Part shown: positions 13,758 to 26,952 of the stretch, one piece after another
Position numbering within the stretch: position 1 is the first letter of the stretch
Layout: every line of letters starts with the position of its first letter
Made by a program: the position numbers and the translations under genes
The notes under the pieces: model-generated
What the model was told of the DNA's origin: nothing
Database searches by the model: none
What the model saw: the letters and a program-made list of their open reading frames with translations, nothing else
NCBI RefSeq assembly: GCF_963506605.1
Contig: NC_083280.1
Coordinates: forward strand, 9,114,001-9,178,000
DNA length: 64,000 nt
Reading direction: 5' to 3'
Origin: Zootoca vivipara
Lineage: Eukaryota

Positions 13758-16700
13758 TTAAAAGATTTACACAGTACTTTACATCAGAGGTGTGTAAGGT
13801 GTAGTACAAAAGCCAGCGTTTAGCCTTATTCTTCTGTTTACAAGTTCTGCAGTGTGTGCAACACAAGGTTCCCTAGATCTTCCATGCCAAATCTGTTAGA
13901 GTTCCATAAACCTTTATACCCTGCTGGTGTATTTGGAGCCTCATTTGTGTGTTTAGTAAAATCAAACGAAGCAGGGTGAAATATTTCTTTTTATTGATAA
14001 CCCTCTGTGTAACAGGGTTTTTGGGTTTTTTGCATTTGCTTTTCTGACATGCACAGATTTTGAGCATGCAAATGCAAAATTAAACAGAAATGTGTGTGCT
14101 CTCGAGGTGGAGGTTTTGACCAGATGAAGCCGCCAATCTGGCCATTGGTCTATCTGGGCCGGTGATGTCACTGCCACACACGTCCCCAGCACCTGCTGCT
14201 CCTCATTTAATTGGAGATGCCAGGAGTTTAACCCAGCAGCTCCGGCATGCAACGAATGTGCCCTTCCTCTTAACTATTTCCCCTTTCTCTCTTTTTTCGA
14301 ATCCCCTTCCCTGGGAGAGATGGCCGGGAGAGCGGGGGAGGACTCGGGGAATGTTCAAAAGCAAATTGGCTATTTTTGCACCGTGGATATGTTTCAGAGT
14401 TTCCAAAACCTCTCTCTCTTTCCTGATAACAAAGCATCTCTAATTCCCTGGTACCTGAGATAAGAAGGTGCCATTTGCTGGCAAGCCAAAGAATGTGTTC
14501 AAAATCGCATCAGGAGGAGTGCAGATGATTTAAAGACATGCACATACCCCTCCCCACACACAAATATGCAAAGAGCCCTCCCCTGTCTGCAGTTCATTCA
14601 CTGTCCACTACGTGGCAGTAGTTTTAGCACTCAACCCACCCACCCCACCCCGCAAATGAAGCAGAGTTCAAGTGAGGGAACAGCGCCACCAGGGGAGGAG
14701 CTGCAGGGCTGCAGCCGCTGCGTATTTCTGGGGAATCTGAATGGAGGGGGTTTAATCAGGCAGGGAGCGAGAGAGATAAAAGGAGAGGCTTTTCAGAACT
14801 GCCCATATATAAGCTCTGTGTTGGTGGGGGTGCATGCAAGGGGGGGGATGTGAATAAAATTTGCATAAGTGCCAAGCTGAGAACCATCCCCCTTAATCCC
14901 CTTTCCTACACTTGTCAGTTACACTCATGCTGGAGAGTTCAAAGATGTTTTACCGGATGAATAATTTACAGGAAAATGTGTTTTGTGTAAGTCTCATATT
15001 TCGCTTCACCTTCAACAGAACATTTGGGGCATATTTACTAATTTAAGACATGACAGGTGGCTTTCAAACGCGACACAGTATCTGAGAGATTCCCCCCCCC
15101 GGCCCTCCCTTTGCTTTGTTGAGAGAATGCAGGACTGCCTCGCAAAAGCTCGGGCCATGTTCTTGCACCCGCTATCCACTTTGGGGGCATCTTTCTGCCT
15201 CTGTTTCTGGAAGGTGTGCAGAAGAAGTCATTCAGGAACCAGCAACTGGCCGCCAGAAGACTTCTTCTGGGCCCAAAGGGCTGGTCTGCAACATCACCCT
15301 CACTGTTCCCTTCCTTCCATTATGCATTTCAGCCGCTTCCTACATTCCGCGCATCACAAAATACGGCCAGAGGCGCTTTGACGCTTTCCTCCCGTCTCTT
15401 CAGAATGAGCAACATTGGAAGCTTGAGGAAAGCCTACCCAACCTTTCCAGGAGGCATTGCCAACCTGGTGACTTCCAGAGGTTCTGAACTGCAACCGTTG
15501 GCTAAGGCGGTTGCAAGCTACAGTCCAGAACATCTGGAGGGCACCAGGGTGGAGTAGGAGCTAGGGCAGAGATAGGAGGCCAGTGGTTCTCCAGATTTTG
15601 TTGGGCCCCAATCTCCTCATCAGCACCAGCCAGCATGGAGAAGGGCCATGGATGGCCATGGGAGTTGAAGTCCAACAAATATTGGGACAGCGGGAACACA
15701 AATATTGGGGGAACGGCTGAAGTGGGGGGGGGGTAACAAAAGGAGCACAGTAGAGGACCTGCACCTCCAAGAGCTCAGAGCAAACCCTAGGCAAGTGATC
15801 TTCTCCCCCTATTAGAAAGAGCACATTAACCTTCTGATCTGGGGTAGAACAATTTTGGGCATCAGCAGAGCAAATCCTGGTGGTTGGTAAGGATGGGCAA
15901 ATCTGTCAATTTCAGTTTCTCTTTTCCCCCCTAATAATAACTTTAGTTTTGCACATTTCCACATTGGTTTGCCATTTTTTAAAAAGTCCTCATGAAAAAT
16001 TCAGCATTGTGGGAGGGTGCGTGAATGTGCATTTTTTACATGCAATCTTGCCTGATATACATTTTTTGGCAAGGCACATTTTCCCAAAATGCCTTTTTGC
16101 ATTTTGTTCTCACTGCTATATGCATTTTTATGCACACTAGGGTGTGATTTTTGTACACCTTACTTGGCCAGAGAACAACATTGCAAAATTCAGAGGAGTG
16201 CAAATTTCAAAGGGCCTGCTGTGTTTTGGTACACATAGTGTTTGAGAAAATGTGAGTTTGGTAGGTTCACCTTTCAATGCAAACTGATAATTAATTCCCC
16301 CACCATCCATCTCCTCCTGCCTTTTCTCCCCTCCAGTTGGTCACTCCCTGCGGCTCCCTTATCTTGGGTTTCCAAAAGATTGGGGCAGTGGGCTTCTGTT
16401 CTTAGGGAGAATCCACACCCTTGAGAGTCAACGCTAGCTGTGCAGGCCATTTATTGAGCACTTTGTAGACAGACGGATGCGGACAACCGCCACCACTCAG
16501 TATTTATCTATTTATTTTTAAAATGGCAGGCTGCTTTTCAAATAAAACGTTTCCCGAAAGCAGATTAAAAAGAATATGCCCAAACAAATAAAGACCTAAT
16601 ACCATTTCCAAGCCAAGACATTTCAGAACAGTAACAAAGGGATGTAGCCAACATTTGTCATACCATGACCCATGGAGATTAATGGGCATGAATAACATTA

Positions 16701-17545
16701 AGGCCATTAATTTCAATGGATCGACTCAGAGTCTGATTTAGTTTGATACAACCGTTAATATATTACTAAAAAGGACCATGAACTAACATAGCCAATACTA
16801 ACAATCCTAGACTGTATCCTTCTTTTGTTCCCATTCTTTCATTTGCCCCTTCCTTTTTCCTTCCTTCCTTTCTGTTTCCTGTTTCCTTCCGTCCTTCCCT
16901 GATCTGGCCATTTGATCAAGCTGACTATGACCTAGTTGAGGTGGTTTGCTCCTCCCTTTGCAGAAGCTGGAAAGCAAGTCAGGGAACCAAAGGTAAACCA
17001 TTACATGCAAAATATGAACTATGGTTTGGTTGGTTTCGTATAGGCTGCTTAAAATAAAAAATGGCTTCCTAACCAGTCAGAATCTGTGGGCAGCTTTAAA
17101 CCATATACCCTGGCTTGTTTGGAAGTATTAACCATAGTATCTCACCTGGTTCGGATGCAACAGGAAGCTGCAGGTACAGGTTGTTGGGATATCACCATTG
17201 GGAGGTCCAGCCGGCAGCTCCCTCTTCGCCTGTGTCACTGTGATTCCCAGGAAAGGCGACTCAGGGTCTCAGCAACCTGAGCACGCAATCGGCAGAGATG
17301 CCCACGCAGTTTCAGCGGAGACGATAAGGCAGCAGAGAGGCATTTTAAAGTGGTTTATTTACAGCTATATTACAGCATGCGTGAAGAGAGAGCGAACGAT
17401 GCTTTCTCTCTTCCATCAGATCAAAAAGTACAGAACAGAACTGAAAGTACAAATGGAAATACCTAGACATGTGACATATATCAGCAGCAACATGCCTAAG
17501 CCTTAAGGTGGAACTGAATCTCCTGACACAGGTAACTAAGGCTTC

Positions 17546-17927
17546 TGTCAGGAATGAGCCAGCTCCTAATGTAACTTTACAGCCTGCTGTAGAACAGAGA
17601 GAGTTAGCACAGGCTGAACAGCAGTTCAGACAGGCGTGAACAGGAAAGGAGACAGTTCGTCAAAGCAAGAAGAGGTTGGAACTGATCCAATCAGTCTGAG
17701 GAGTCGAGGAATGGGAGGGCTGCTAGATAGGAAGCAAAACAAGAGACGTAAGGGGCGAAAGTTCAATATCTTCTGTAGAAGTCGTCTTCAGAAGGGTCAT
17801 CTTGAGTAATGATGCCAAAGGCTTTGTCAGAGCCATCCAGAGCTATCTGTTTGTTTTTGCATTAAATCCTCCTTTTTAATTACCTACGCTTACTGTGTCA
17901 TCAAGCTGGGAACCTGGACTCCTGACA
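17546..17927 (+). mobile_element. Solo LTR (382 bp) nested in an older LTR-like element (~17287-18024)
   Basis: TGTCAGGA...TCCTGACA with perfect 5-bp TSD GCTTC; ATTAAA near the 3' end. Confidence 0.85.
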
Positions 17928-19028
17928 GCTTCCTGACTCACACAAAGGATCTCATGCGCAGCCCAATTTATTAAGCCAAGACTCACTAGTCCAAACACAG
18001 CCTACTGTATATGTAATATCCAACTTTCAGAAACCAAAGCCAAATTCCGTTTGTACCTAATTTGTGAGGATGAGCTAATCCATAAAGAGGAGTAAAAAAG
18101 GAGTAACTAATCTCAGTTCTGTTGAGGGCCACATTTCCCAAGGGTAGTCTGTTGGGGGCTGCCTCCTAGTAGGGTGGGTGACCAATGGTGGGGAGGGTGA
18201 GAGCCAGGAGTGGGGATGCCACCTCTTTTTCTCTCTTTACAATACATACTTTTCCTTTCTCTTCCTTTCTGACACCCCATTTTCTCCCCACTCACCCAAA
18301 GGGAAAGATTGTTCTCTCCAGATGTCTGAGCTGAGGCCTTTTGAAATCAGACTGAGGACTTTAGGTTGACCACCACTGCTGTAAATAATTTGCAGGGAGC
18401 AATGACTCGATCTTGATCGGGACATGACCAGGCATCACCCCAGGACCCGATTGCTTTTGCAGGCTTTCAGGGTGCAGTAGAGAGTCACCCTATTGATATA
18501 ACTGTTAGCGCTGGTTGTCTTATGCTTTGATTATTGCATGTCAGAAGGCGGTTTTAATTTTGCTTTGACAGTTGTGTTTTTGCATGCTGTGAGCTGCCCA
18601 GGGCTCTGAACAAGGAAGGAAAATATGATATAACGATAATTAACTGGTTAATATTTAAGAGCAGTCCTGGTGAAACAGACGAAATATCCACTCAGAGCAG
18701 AATCCTGTTTCCAGCTACACTGGCTGTGAAGCCGTCTATTTGAAGGCATCCTCCCCTTGAGGCCTCTCCAATCCAAGTTTGCTTTAAAGATAAAGGCAGG
18801 AAAACAGGTGGTGGGTCTTGAAATGTCCCATCAACAGTTAACAGCCTCCTCCACTATGATGGTATATATATTGTATTTCTATATAAATTACACTCGTACC
18901 TCGGAAGTTGAACGCCTTGTGAGTTGAATGTTTTGGCTCCCAGATGCCGCAAACCCAGAAGTGAGTGCTCCAGTTTGCAAACATTCTTTGGAACTTGAAT
19001 GTCTGACGTGGGTTCTGCAGCTTCTGAC

Positions 19029-19373
19029 CATACCTGCCAAGTTGCTGTCGGAGAAATAAGGGACTGGGCCGGAAGTAGCAGGCCGGAAGTAGCGCTGCCG
19101 CCATTTTGGAACTGGGTGGAGCATGCTCAGAAGTGACTTTTGATGCTGCTTTTCCCAGTTCCGAAATGGCCGTCGCGCCAGAAGTCGCACTGCAGACATT
19201 TTGGAACTGGGCAGAGCAGCATCAAAAGTCGCTTCTGAGCATGCTCCGCCCAGTTCCAAAATGGCCGCCACGCCAGAATAAACCGGGGGGAAACAAAAAA
19301 ATCCGTTTTTTCAGCTAGGAACAGCTGGAAAAAAGTGGATTTCCCGGGGAATACGGGAGACTTGGCAGCTATG
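19029..19373. mobile_element. hAT MITE with a large internal palindrome, inserted in a Tigger-like fragment (~18889-19020)
   Basis: TIR CATACCTGCCAAGT / ACTTGGCAGCTATG; perfect 8-bp TSD CTTCTGAC. Confidence 0.88.
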
Positions 19374-20748
19374 CTTCTGACATGACAGGACATTCTGGGT
19401 GGTGGCTCCCTGCTTTGGGGAATGCCCTTTCTAGTGAGGTGCCTTTGTCTCCCTCACTATTAGCTTTCAAGAGAAATTTAGGAGGACTCAAACATGAACC
19501 AGGAAAAAGAGGCTTGTGTGAAGCTGCTGGTTTATTAAAAAAAACTTTAAGCAACAATACACACCTCTCATCCAAATCGTATTTATTTTGGGATCATAAA
19601 GAGACAACCCCCTGCTCTCTCTCACACACATAAGGGATTATGGAGGGAAATTAAATTTTATTTTCCCCACAAAAAGTTCCTGGAGTATTTGTAATTTGGT
19701 AGGCTTAATCCATTCTTGAGGGGATCCTGCACCTGCAAATTTCATCCACTTTGGCTAAAAAACAGGGAGCTGTAGCCAATTTTAGATTCCCCATTCGAGA
19801 ACACAGAGCTTCATTTTATGCTGTGCAATTTAGAACCCAAAATACAGATACTGTAGATGCAACTGAAGCAGAGCACAAAGCAACTAAGATGCTGATACAA
19901 GGTAACTCTTGGGGCCTATGAATACTCCAGTATATGGAAGTTGCAGTTAGCTACTATAGCTAGTAGTCATGAACACTGTGCACTTCTTTTGAACTTCGAG
20001 CAAGCACACTGGAGACACCGTTGGTGGATTATTTCAAAACCTAGGAAATTTCCATCACAACCTGTTGTGTCTCCTTTCATTAGGCAACCATGTGATCATC
20101 AGTCTGTAACAGCAAGTCTAGGACAGCAGCTGAACAACTTGTGACTCTATCTCTGGATCTTACTTTGCAATGGACACTTTGGAAGGGGAAAAACATGCCA
20201 GAAAAGTATCTGCATTGCAAAATAAAGTTACAAGCAGTTTAAGAGTTACAGGCAATTGAGTCTTATCGTGTAAGCCAAGCATGTGAATTAGCTCTAATTA
20301 TATTATTCATATTTGCTTCTAACCTATCCCTTTGCAAGGACTTAAGATGGGCAAAAAGACTTTAAAAGCCAATTATAACCTGATAAAACCATGATAATAT
20401 TTCAATTAAAATACATGTGCCAAAGCAAATTAACAAGACTTCATGACTGCTTAGGCCTGGCCATTAAGGGCAGCAATGCAAGTCTTTCTTGGCATGAAGA
20501 GGAACAAGTATGCCAGCCCAGCTTAAGACATTTTGCCGCCTGAGGCAGAGGAAAGGATGCTAGATTCCCCACCAAATTTAGGAGCATAGCACCCAGCACT
20601 GGTCATGCTATTTTGATGCCTTGTGCAGCACCTCTCCTACTCCCTAGCAGGAAAAATACTACAACAAACTGGGGTGACTGGTGACCACTGGGAGTGGAAG
20701 ACAAAAGGAAGGGAGCCCAGACTATAGCCAATGGCAGGTGGAGCCAAC

Positions 20749-21324
20749 TGTGGCGATCAGCCTAAAGTTAAGCCAGGTTATTAAGGGTTAATCCAAATAG
20801 AACTGTTAGAACCCAAGGGGGAGGGCTCTGGCAGAGTATAAAAACCCCACCCCTGGAGTCAGTTAGTCAGAGTCTGTGAGGAGCTTGTGAGGGAATTAGT
20901 TGGGTAGTCAGTTGGTCAGTTAGTGAGAGTTCGTGAGGTAGTTGGTTGGTTATTAGTAGAGAGAGAGAGAGCTGGTTTTAAACATTGAGGTGAAGCATAG
21001 ATGGTGGATTATAATCAGACAGGATAGAGAGTTTGTGAGCTTATTTACAAATATATATTTAGTTGTCTTTAGCGGTAATAGGCCGGTAATAGTATTAATT
21101 AGAGGTAATAGGCCGGTATAAGAAACATCTGTAATTTGGAACATTCTAACTCATACTGAAACCATTACGCTTATGTACGCACAATAAAGCAACATCTTTT
21201 TACTTTCACATTATCCTGGTCTGAAGTGTTTTGAGTGACAGCAGATATTTATTTTGTCGTTGGCGCATCATCAATAGACCGTAAAACGTCCGGGGGTGCT
21301 GCGCAGGTCAGGGTGACCGCGACA
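20749..21324 (+). mobile_element. Solo LTR (576 bp)
   Basis: TGTGGCGATC...GACCGCGACA inverted termini; perfect 5-bp TSD CCAAC; TATAAAA at 20837; AATAAA at 21183. Confidence 0.88.
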
Positions 21325-22045
21325 CCAACTAATTCTGGTTCCGTCCCCATTCCCTATCTTCTTCTGTGTTGAGTTCTGCAAGAGGCAATGCTGACACAGC
21401 CAATGCAACCCCCTGGACCAGCTGCAAGTGGAAACCAGTTTATGTTGGTGGGGCAGCACCCCATTTGCCCTAATGGCCCAGCCTGCCAAGTGGGAGGGTC
21501 AGGCCTAGTCCTCTATTTTAGTTCTTTCTCTGTAACATTGAGGACAGTGGTTCCCAAACGTCCCCCTCCCCATGGACCACTCAAAAGCTGCTGACCCCTG
21601 GGCAGACCTCTTTGTGGTTTTTCTGCCCATTGCAGCAGTTGTAAAGTGCCGTGCTAGACATTGTTTGGTTCTGAGCTGCATCTTTACGGATGCACTGCAG
21701 AGCTCCCAAGGGAAGCTCACGGACCACTGCTAATCCCCTGCTTTAGGGGACACTCGCTGTAATGATCTCAGGCAGGCAAGCAAGCCCCGATAAGAATTAA
21801 TGAGTCTCTGGCAGTTTTATGGTACGTTTATTTACAATTAGCATCCAGAGCGTGGCTCTAAGCCTGCCGCTCTTAGCTATGAGTTGGTTCATGGGTAGGG
21901 AAACTAAGGCCCGGGGGCTGGATCCGGCCCAATCACCTTCCAAATCCGGGGTGGTCCGGGAATCAGCATGTTTTTACATGAGTAGAATGTGTGCTTTTAT
22001 TTAAAATGCATCTCTGGGTTATTTGTGGGGCATAGGAATCCCCCC

Positions 22046-22049
<4 letters not shown>

Positions 22050-22094
<45 letters not shown>
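22050..22094. repeat. (TA)n microsatellite inside a hAT MITE
   Basis: Direct reading. Confidence 0.95.
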
Positions 22095-22100
<6 letters not shown>

Positions 22101-22167
22101 CCGGGCCCCCACAAGGTCTGAGGGAAAAGGCCCCCTGCTGAAAAGGTCTCCACCCCTTTCACAGCAC

Positions 22168-22486
22168 TATATAAAAGGATGATGTCATATAGAGGAGGGA
22201 GAAAGGTTGTTTTCTGCTGCTCCAGAGAAGCGGACACGGAGCAATGGATTCAAACTACAAGAAAGAAGATTCCACCTAAACATTAGGAAGAACTTCCTGG
22301 CAGTAAGAGCTGTTTGGTAGTGGAATTTGCTACCAAGGAGTGTGGTGGAGTCTCCTTCTTTGGAGGTCTTTAAGCAGAGGCTTGACAGGCATATGTCAAG
22401 AATGCTTTGTTGGTGTTTCCTGCTCGGCAGGGGGTTGGACTGGGTGGCCCTAGTGGTCTCTTCAACTCTACGATTCTATGATTCTA
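22168..22486 (+). mobile_element. CR1 LINE 3' end
   Basis: Inverted relative of 5966-6313; ends in gattctatgattcta. Confidence 0.88.
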
Positions 22487-22996
22487 TATGAAGGGTGCCA
22501 AAGTCCCATCCTTCCTCTCTTGTACTTCAATTGCATTTTAACCCTTTCAGCTCTTCTGGTGGTTGTACTTTGGTGGTTGAACTCTCCCCCCCCCCAGCTA
22601 TCAAAGGAAGATCCCTCATAGCCTCCCTGCTGGTTGCATAGCAGCCCCCTTAATGTCGTCTATCTCTTCCCCTCCCTCTGCCTGAGAGTTCTCTGAGTCT
22701 GCTGCTCTATCTGTGTCTGGGAACTCTTGATGAAGGGGGGCCCGAACTAACCCACTCCTGCTCTGTCTGTGGCTGCAATCCCTTGTCTCCAGAGGCGGGC
22801 TCTGGCTCCCTCTGTACTGGCATTCATTCATCTCCATCAGACTCTTCCCAGGCATTCGATTCAGCCATGTCCCTGACACCCACCTTGGTCAGGATAGCAT
22901 TGCAAAACACATGTCCCCAATCCCTGCTCCTGGAAGGGATGGAGAAATGCATAGCACAATAGGGAGGTAGAGGGCAAACCGATAACAACCACACAT

Positions 22997-23271
22997 TCTT
23001 CTTCTTCTTCTCTGGTGATCACTCGTAGCCAAGTAAGATTGTCTTCCATAAACACAGTTTTAACAATGAGTCCATAAGTGACTGTGGAGGCCAATTCTGG
23101 ATCCACATGTCTTTCCACTGTGGGGACATTGGTTTCCAGGCGGGAGTTGATCATGGTGTGGATTTGCCAATCGTGCCTTCCTCTTAGCACGTTTCTCCCT
23201 TGCGTCCTGAGTTCAAGTGTCTTCAAAGCCCACAACACCTTTGGTTAAAGGCTGTTCTCCAACTGGAGCAC
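22997..23271 (-). mobile_element. RTE-clade LINE 3' end (not Bov-B), (GAA)n tail
   Basis: Minus strand reads as a degenerate RTE C-terminus with a CxxC...HxxxH zinc finger (CPHxGKTCGSRIGLHSHLxTH); tail ttcttcttc. Confidence 0.75.
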
Positions 23272-23313
23272 TGTGTTCCAATGGCATGAAGTAGTCACTT
23301 TGAGAAGACTACT

Positions 23314-23536
23314 TCATGAGAAGAGAAGAATCCTTGGAAAAGACCCTGATGTTGGGAAAGATTGAGGGCACTAGGAGAAGGGGACGACAGAGGACGAGAT
23401 GGTTGGACAGTGTTCTCGAAGCTACGAACATGGGTTTGACCAAACTGCGGGAGGCAGTGGAAGACAGGAGTGCCTGGCGTGCTATGGTCCATGGGGTCAT
23501 GAAGAGTCAGACACGACTAAACGACTAAACAACAAC
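23314..23536 (+). mobile_element. Bov-B LINE 3' fragment
   Basis: MRREESLEKTLMLGKIEGTRRRGRQR...; (CAA)n tail; probable TSD AGTCAC. Confidence 0.93.
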
Positions 23537-25039
23537 AGTCACGACAAACCGGTAGATTCCTATCTGCTGCAGCCTTCATCCACCTTCACAGGCGTTGTAA
23601 CATACCACTTGTACAACCACACATACATTGAAGGAACAAGCAAGGGGCTCGCCCCACGTACTTCAGCACACCCCAGCCTTGCCTCCTTCTGCCACCCACA
23701 GGGGAAAGTCTTCTGCACTAACCAGGTGTGGTAAATAGCTCTGCGTCCTCTGATCAGGCTCACATGGAGGAGCTCGATGCACAGAGACCTCTCTCTTGCA
23801 CCTGCTGGGGGTGTGCAACTCTTAGAGTGCTCCAGCATGGTGGCGAAACCCCTCAACACTTTTTTTCAACACAGGGGAGGGTCATGTAATGACACAGGTA
23901 AAGATGTGTAAACGCTAATGAGTGGAGAAGATGCTTTGGCATGAACGACCAGGTGGGAGGTAAGTGCATTGAGCAATATGTGTGGTTTAGTTTCTGGTTT
24001 TTGTGTTTTAAAGCATTACAGGGATGCCATTTTCTTCAGCAGCACTTGGGCCAACTTTGATGGCTAGGTCAGGACTAAGTGATCTGGTGCCCATCCATCT
24101 CTTTGTTGAACTACAGCTGCGATCACCCGGGACCGTTGGCCATGGTGTTTGGGGGCATATGTGTATTCCAGGGGCTTAGACGAGATGGCGCTTGGGGTCC
24201 CGTCCGACTCTACAATTGTGTGATGGTTAAAAGCATATGGACTAGAAACTTGGTTTCATTTTATTACTGCTATTTTTTTATAAGGAGCTGAAATAATTGC
24301 AGTGCTGGGTTCTACAGGGGTTCTACAAAATTGTGAACATAAAGAATCACACGCTACACAAAGCCTGGCTTATTCCAGACAAAGAGTTTGCATGAAAGAA
24401 TCTGACTGAGAATGAATGCAATAGGGAGTCCTTGTCTGTAGGGTGGGGGCGGTTAATAATGCAGGAAGCACAACTCTGAAATAGTTTTCCACCCCCTTCT
24501 TCCTCGCCCCCCCCCCCCAAGAAAAATCAAGTACGCTTTTTGTGTATTTAAGACAAAGGCCTGTTTGGTGGATTTGACAGATGGTAAGAGGCTTTTAAAA
24601 ACAGACTTGCATATTTCAGGTTTCAGGAGTGAACATACTGGCTGCTAATATGACAGGTTACAAACATCAGAAGATTTTGCTGTTAATTAGCCATTTGACA
24701 AATACCACATCCCAGAATCTCACTCAAATGCTTTTTTTTTTGTAGCACTTGGGCGACATCTGGTGGCCTAACACAGATGCTTTCGATCACACAGACCCCG
24801 TTTGGTCACACCATATTTAAACATTTCTAAAAGGAGAGAACACAGCTTCCCTCCCCGCCCCCCCCCCAAAAAAAACACCCAGAAGCCCCAAAGGTGTCTC
24901 TGAAAGTGAAATGCAGCAATACGTGTGACAAGAGTTCAGCGAGATCTTCTGTGACTCTCACTTGGTTTACGAGCTGCCATTTTGAGTTCTTAAGGGAACA
25001 ATCTTGTTTTCTCCTGCTCTGGAAGGTAGAACACAAACC

Positions 25040-25272
25040 AATGGGCTCTCATGTTACAAGGGGATTCCAACGAAACACCAGGAAGAACTTTGTGACGGTA
25101 AGAGCTGCTCAACAGTGGCATGGTCTCCTTTGGAAGGTGACAGGCCCTCCTTCCTTGGGGGTTTTTAAGAAGAGGTTGGATGGCCATCTGTCACCGATGC
25201 TTCAGCTGAGATTCCTGCATTGCAGGGGGTTGGACTAGATGACCCTTGGGTCCCTTGCAACTCTACGATTCT
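25040..25272 (+). mobile_element. CR1 LINE 3' end
   Basis: aggaagaactttgtgacggtaagagctg...ggttggactagatgaccc...ctacgattct. Confidence 0.8.
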
Positions 25273-26014
25273 AAGTCCTTCTCGTTCGGGGCACTCGGTG
25301 TGAATGAGTAAAAGCCACCGGCAGAGATCTTGCAGTGTAGGGAGCAGGGGCAAGTGGACTTCCCTATGTCTTTCTCCTGCCATCAACTCCAGCTTGGGTA
25401 CCAATGCCCAGGGATGATGGGAGTTGCAGTTGCATCTGGAGGGCTGCAGCTCAGGGTGAGGCTTAGCCCAGTGACTGCCTGCCTTGTGCGCAGAAAGTCC
25501 CAGGTTCAGTCCCCCATGGCATCTCCAGGTAGGGATGGGAAATATTCCTTGCCTGGAAGCCTGGAGAACCACTGCGTCAGAGACTGGTTGAACCACATGA
25601 GGTGGGAGGCAACAGTCGGAGAAACACCCCACCCCCAGCAAGGGAAATCCCAGAGGAGGGTCAGAGCCCCGGGGATTGGTTGTGGGACACCGAGGAGAGG
25701 TCAGAGGGGGAAGATTGGGAGGAGGTGCTGGATGCCGAAGGGCAACAGGGTTTAGTGAGCAGGGCGAACCTGTGACAGAGAGCAGTTCAGACTGCTTTTC
25801 AAGAGGAGCAGACAGATTCGTGGAGGATAAGGCTATCAATGGCTACAAAACCATGGCACCTTCAAAGGCCAGTCACTGGGAATCACAGGTGGGAAAGAGT
25901 ACTGTTGTACAAAATTATAAAACTGGAAGGGTCCTGGGGGGGTCATCTAGTCTAACCCCCTGCAATGCAGACTTTCCACTGTGAGGAGGCCTCACTTCCT
26001 GTATGTTTAGGTTA

Positions 26015-26371
26015 AAGGTAAAGGTAAAGGGGCCCCTGACCATCGTGTCTGACTCTGGGGTTGCAGCGCTCATCTCGCTCTATAGGCCGAGGGAGCCGGC
26101 GTTTGTCCGCAGACAGCTTCCAGGTCATGTGGCCAGCATGACAAAGCCGCTTCTGGTGAACCAGAGCAGCGCATGGAAATGCCGTTTACCTTCCCGCCGG
26201 AGCGGTCCCTATTTATCTACTTGCAGTTTGATGTGCTTTCGAACTGCTAGGTGGGCAGGAGCTGGGACCGAGCAACTGGAGCTCACCCCGTTGCAGGGAT
26301 TCGAACCGCCGACCTTCTGATCAGCAAGCCCTAGACTCTGTGGTTTAACCCACAGCGCCACCTGGGGTCCC
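26015..26371 (-). mobile_element. Sauria SINE, full length
   Basis: tRNA-like head, (ACCTTT)n tail, 13-bp TSD TATGTTTAGGTTA. Confidence 0.93.
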
Positions 26372-26887
26372 TATGTTTAGGTTACGCTTATTTATTTTAG
26401 GCAGAAATATTTCTGGCTCCAAACACTTCCAAGTGAGTATCGTTATAAACAACTAAATGACCCTATGTACCGGGTATGTAGAATAGCTTGCCAAAAGCAT
26501 TACTGAATTCTGAAGTCCCACTACTGAACAACAAAAGGTGATTTATTTACCTGTGTTATAACGTTGCTATAGTTATGAAAGGTAGGGGTTTTTTTTACAT
26601 AAAAAAAAAAACCAGGAAATGCTCTTAAAATCTATTGTCTTCCCGAGTTTTGTACAGTCATTCTGTCTCGCACAAGAACTTTTTGGGGGGAGAACCATTT
26701 TCTTCCTTAGCAGTGAAGGAATTTTTAACACCACACTTTTAGGGAAGGACATAAAATAGCTTTATGAGTTAGATCTATGCCACCGGACCACTCACTGGCT
26801 ATTCTTTCACCCAAATAAATACTTGATTTCAGCAACCAAATAATTGCCACGGCTCAGCAAATCAAGATGCTCTGCAAATCCACTCAT

Positions 26888-26951
<64 letters not shown>
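26888..26951. repeat. (AAAG)n microsatellite
   Basis: Direct reading. Confidence 0.95.

Positions 26952-26952
<1 letters not shown>

Noticed and set aside
25165-25839. 224-aa minus-strand ORF
   Set aside because: Runs across CR1 and SINE fragments; a chance open frame.
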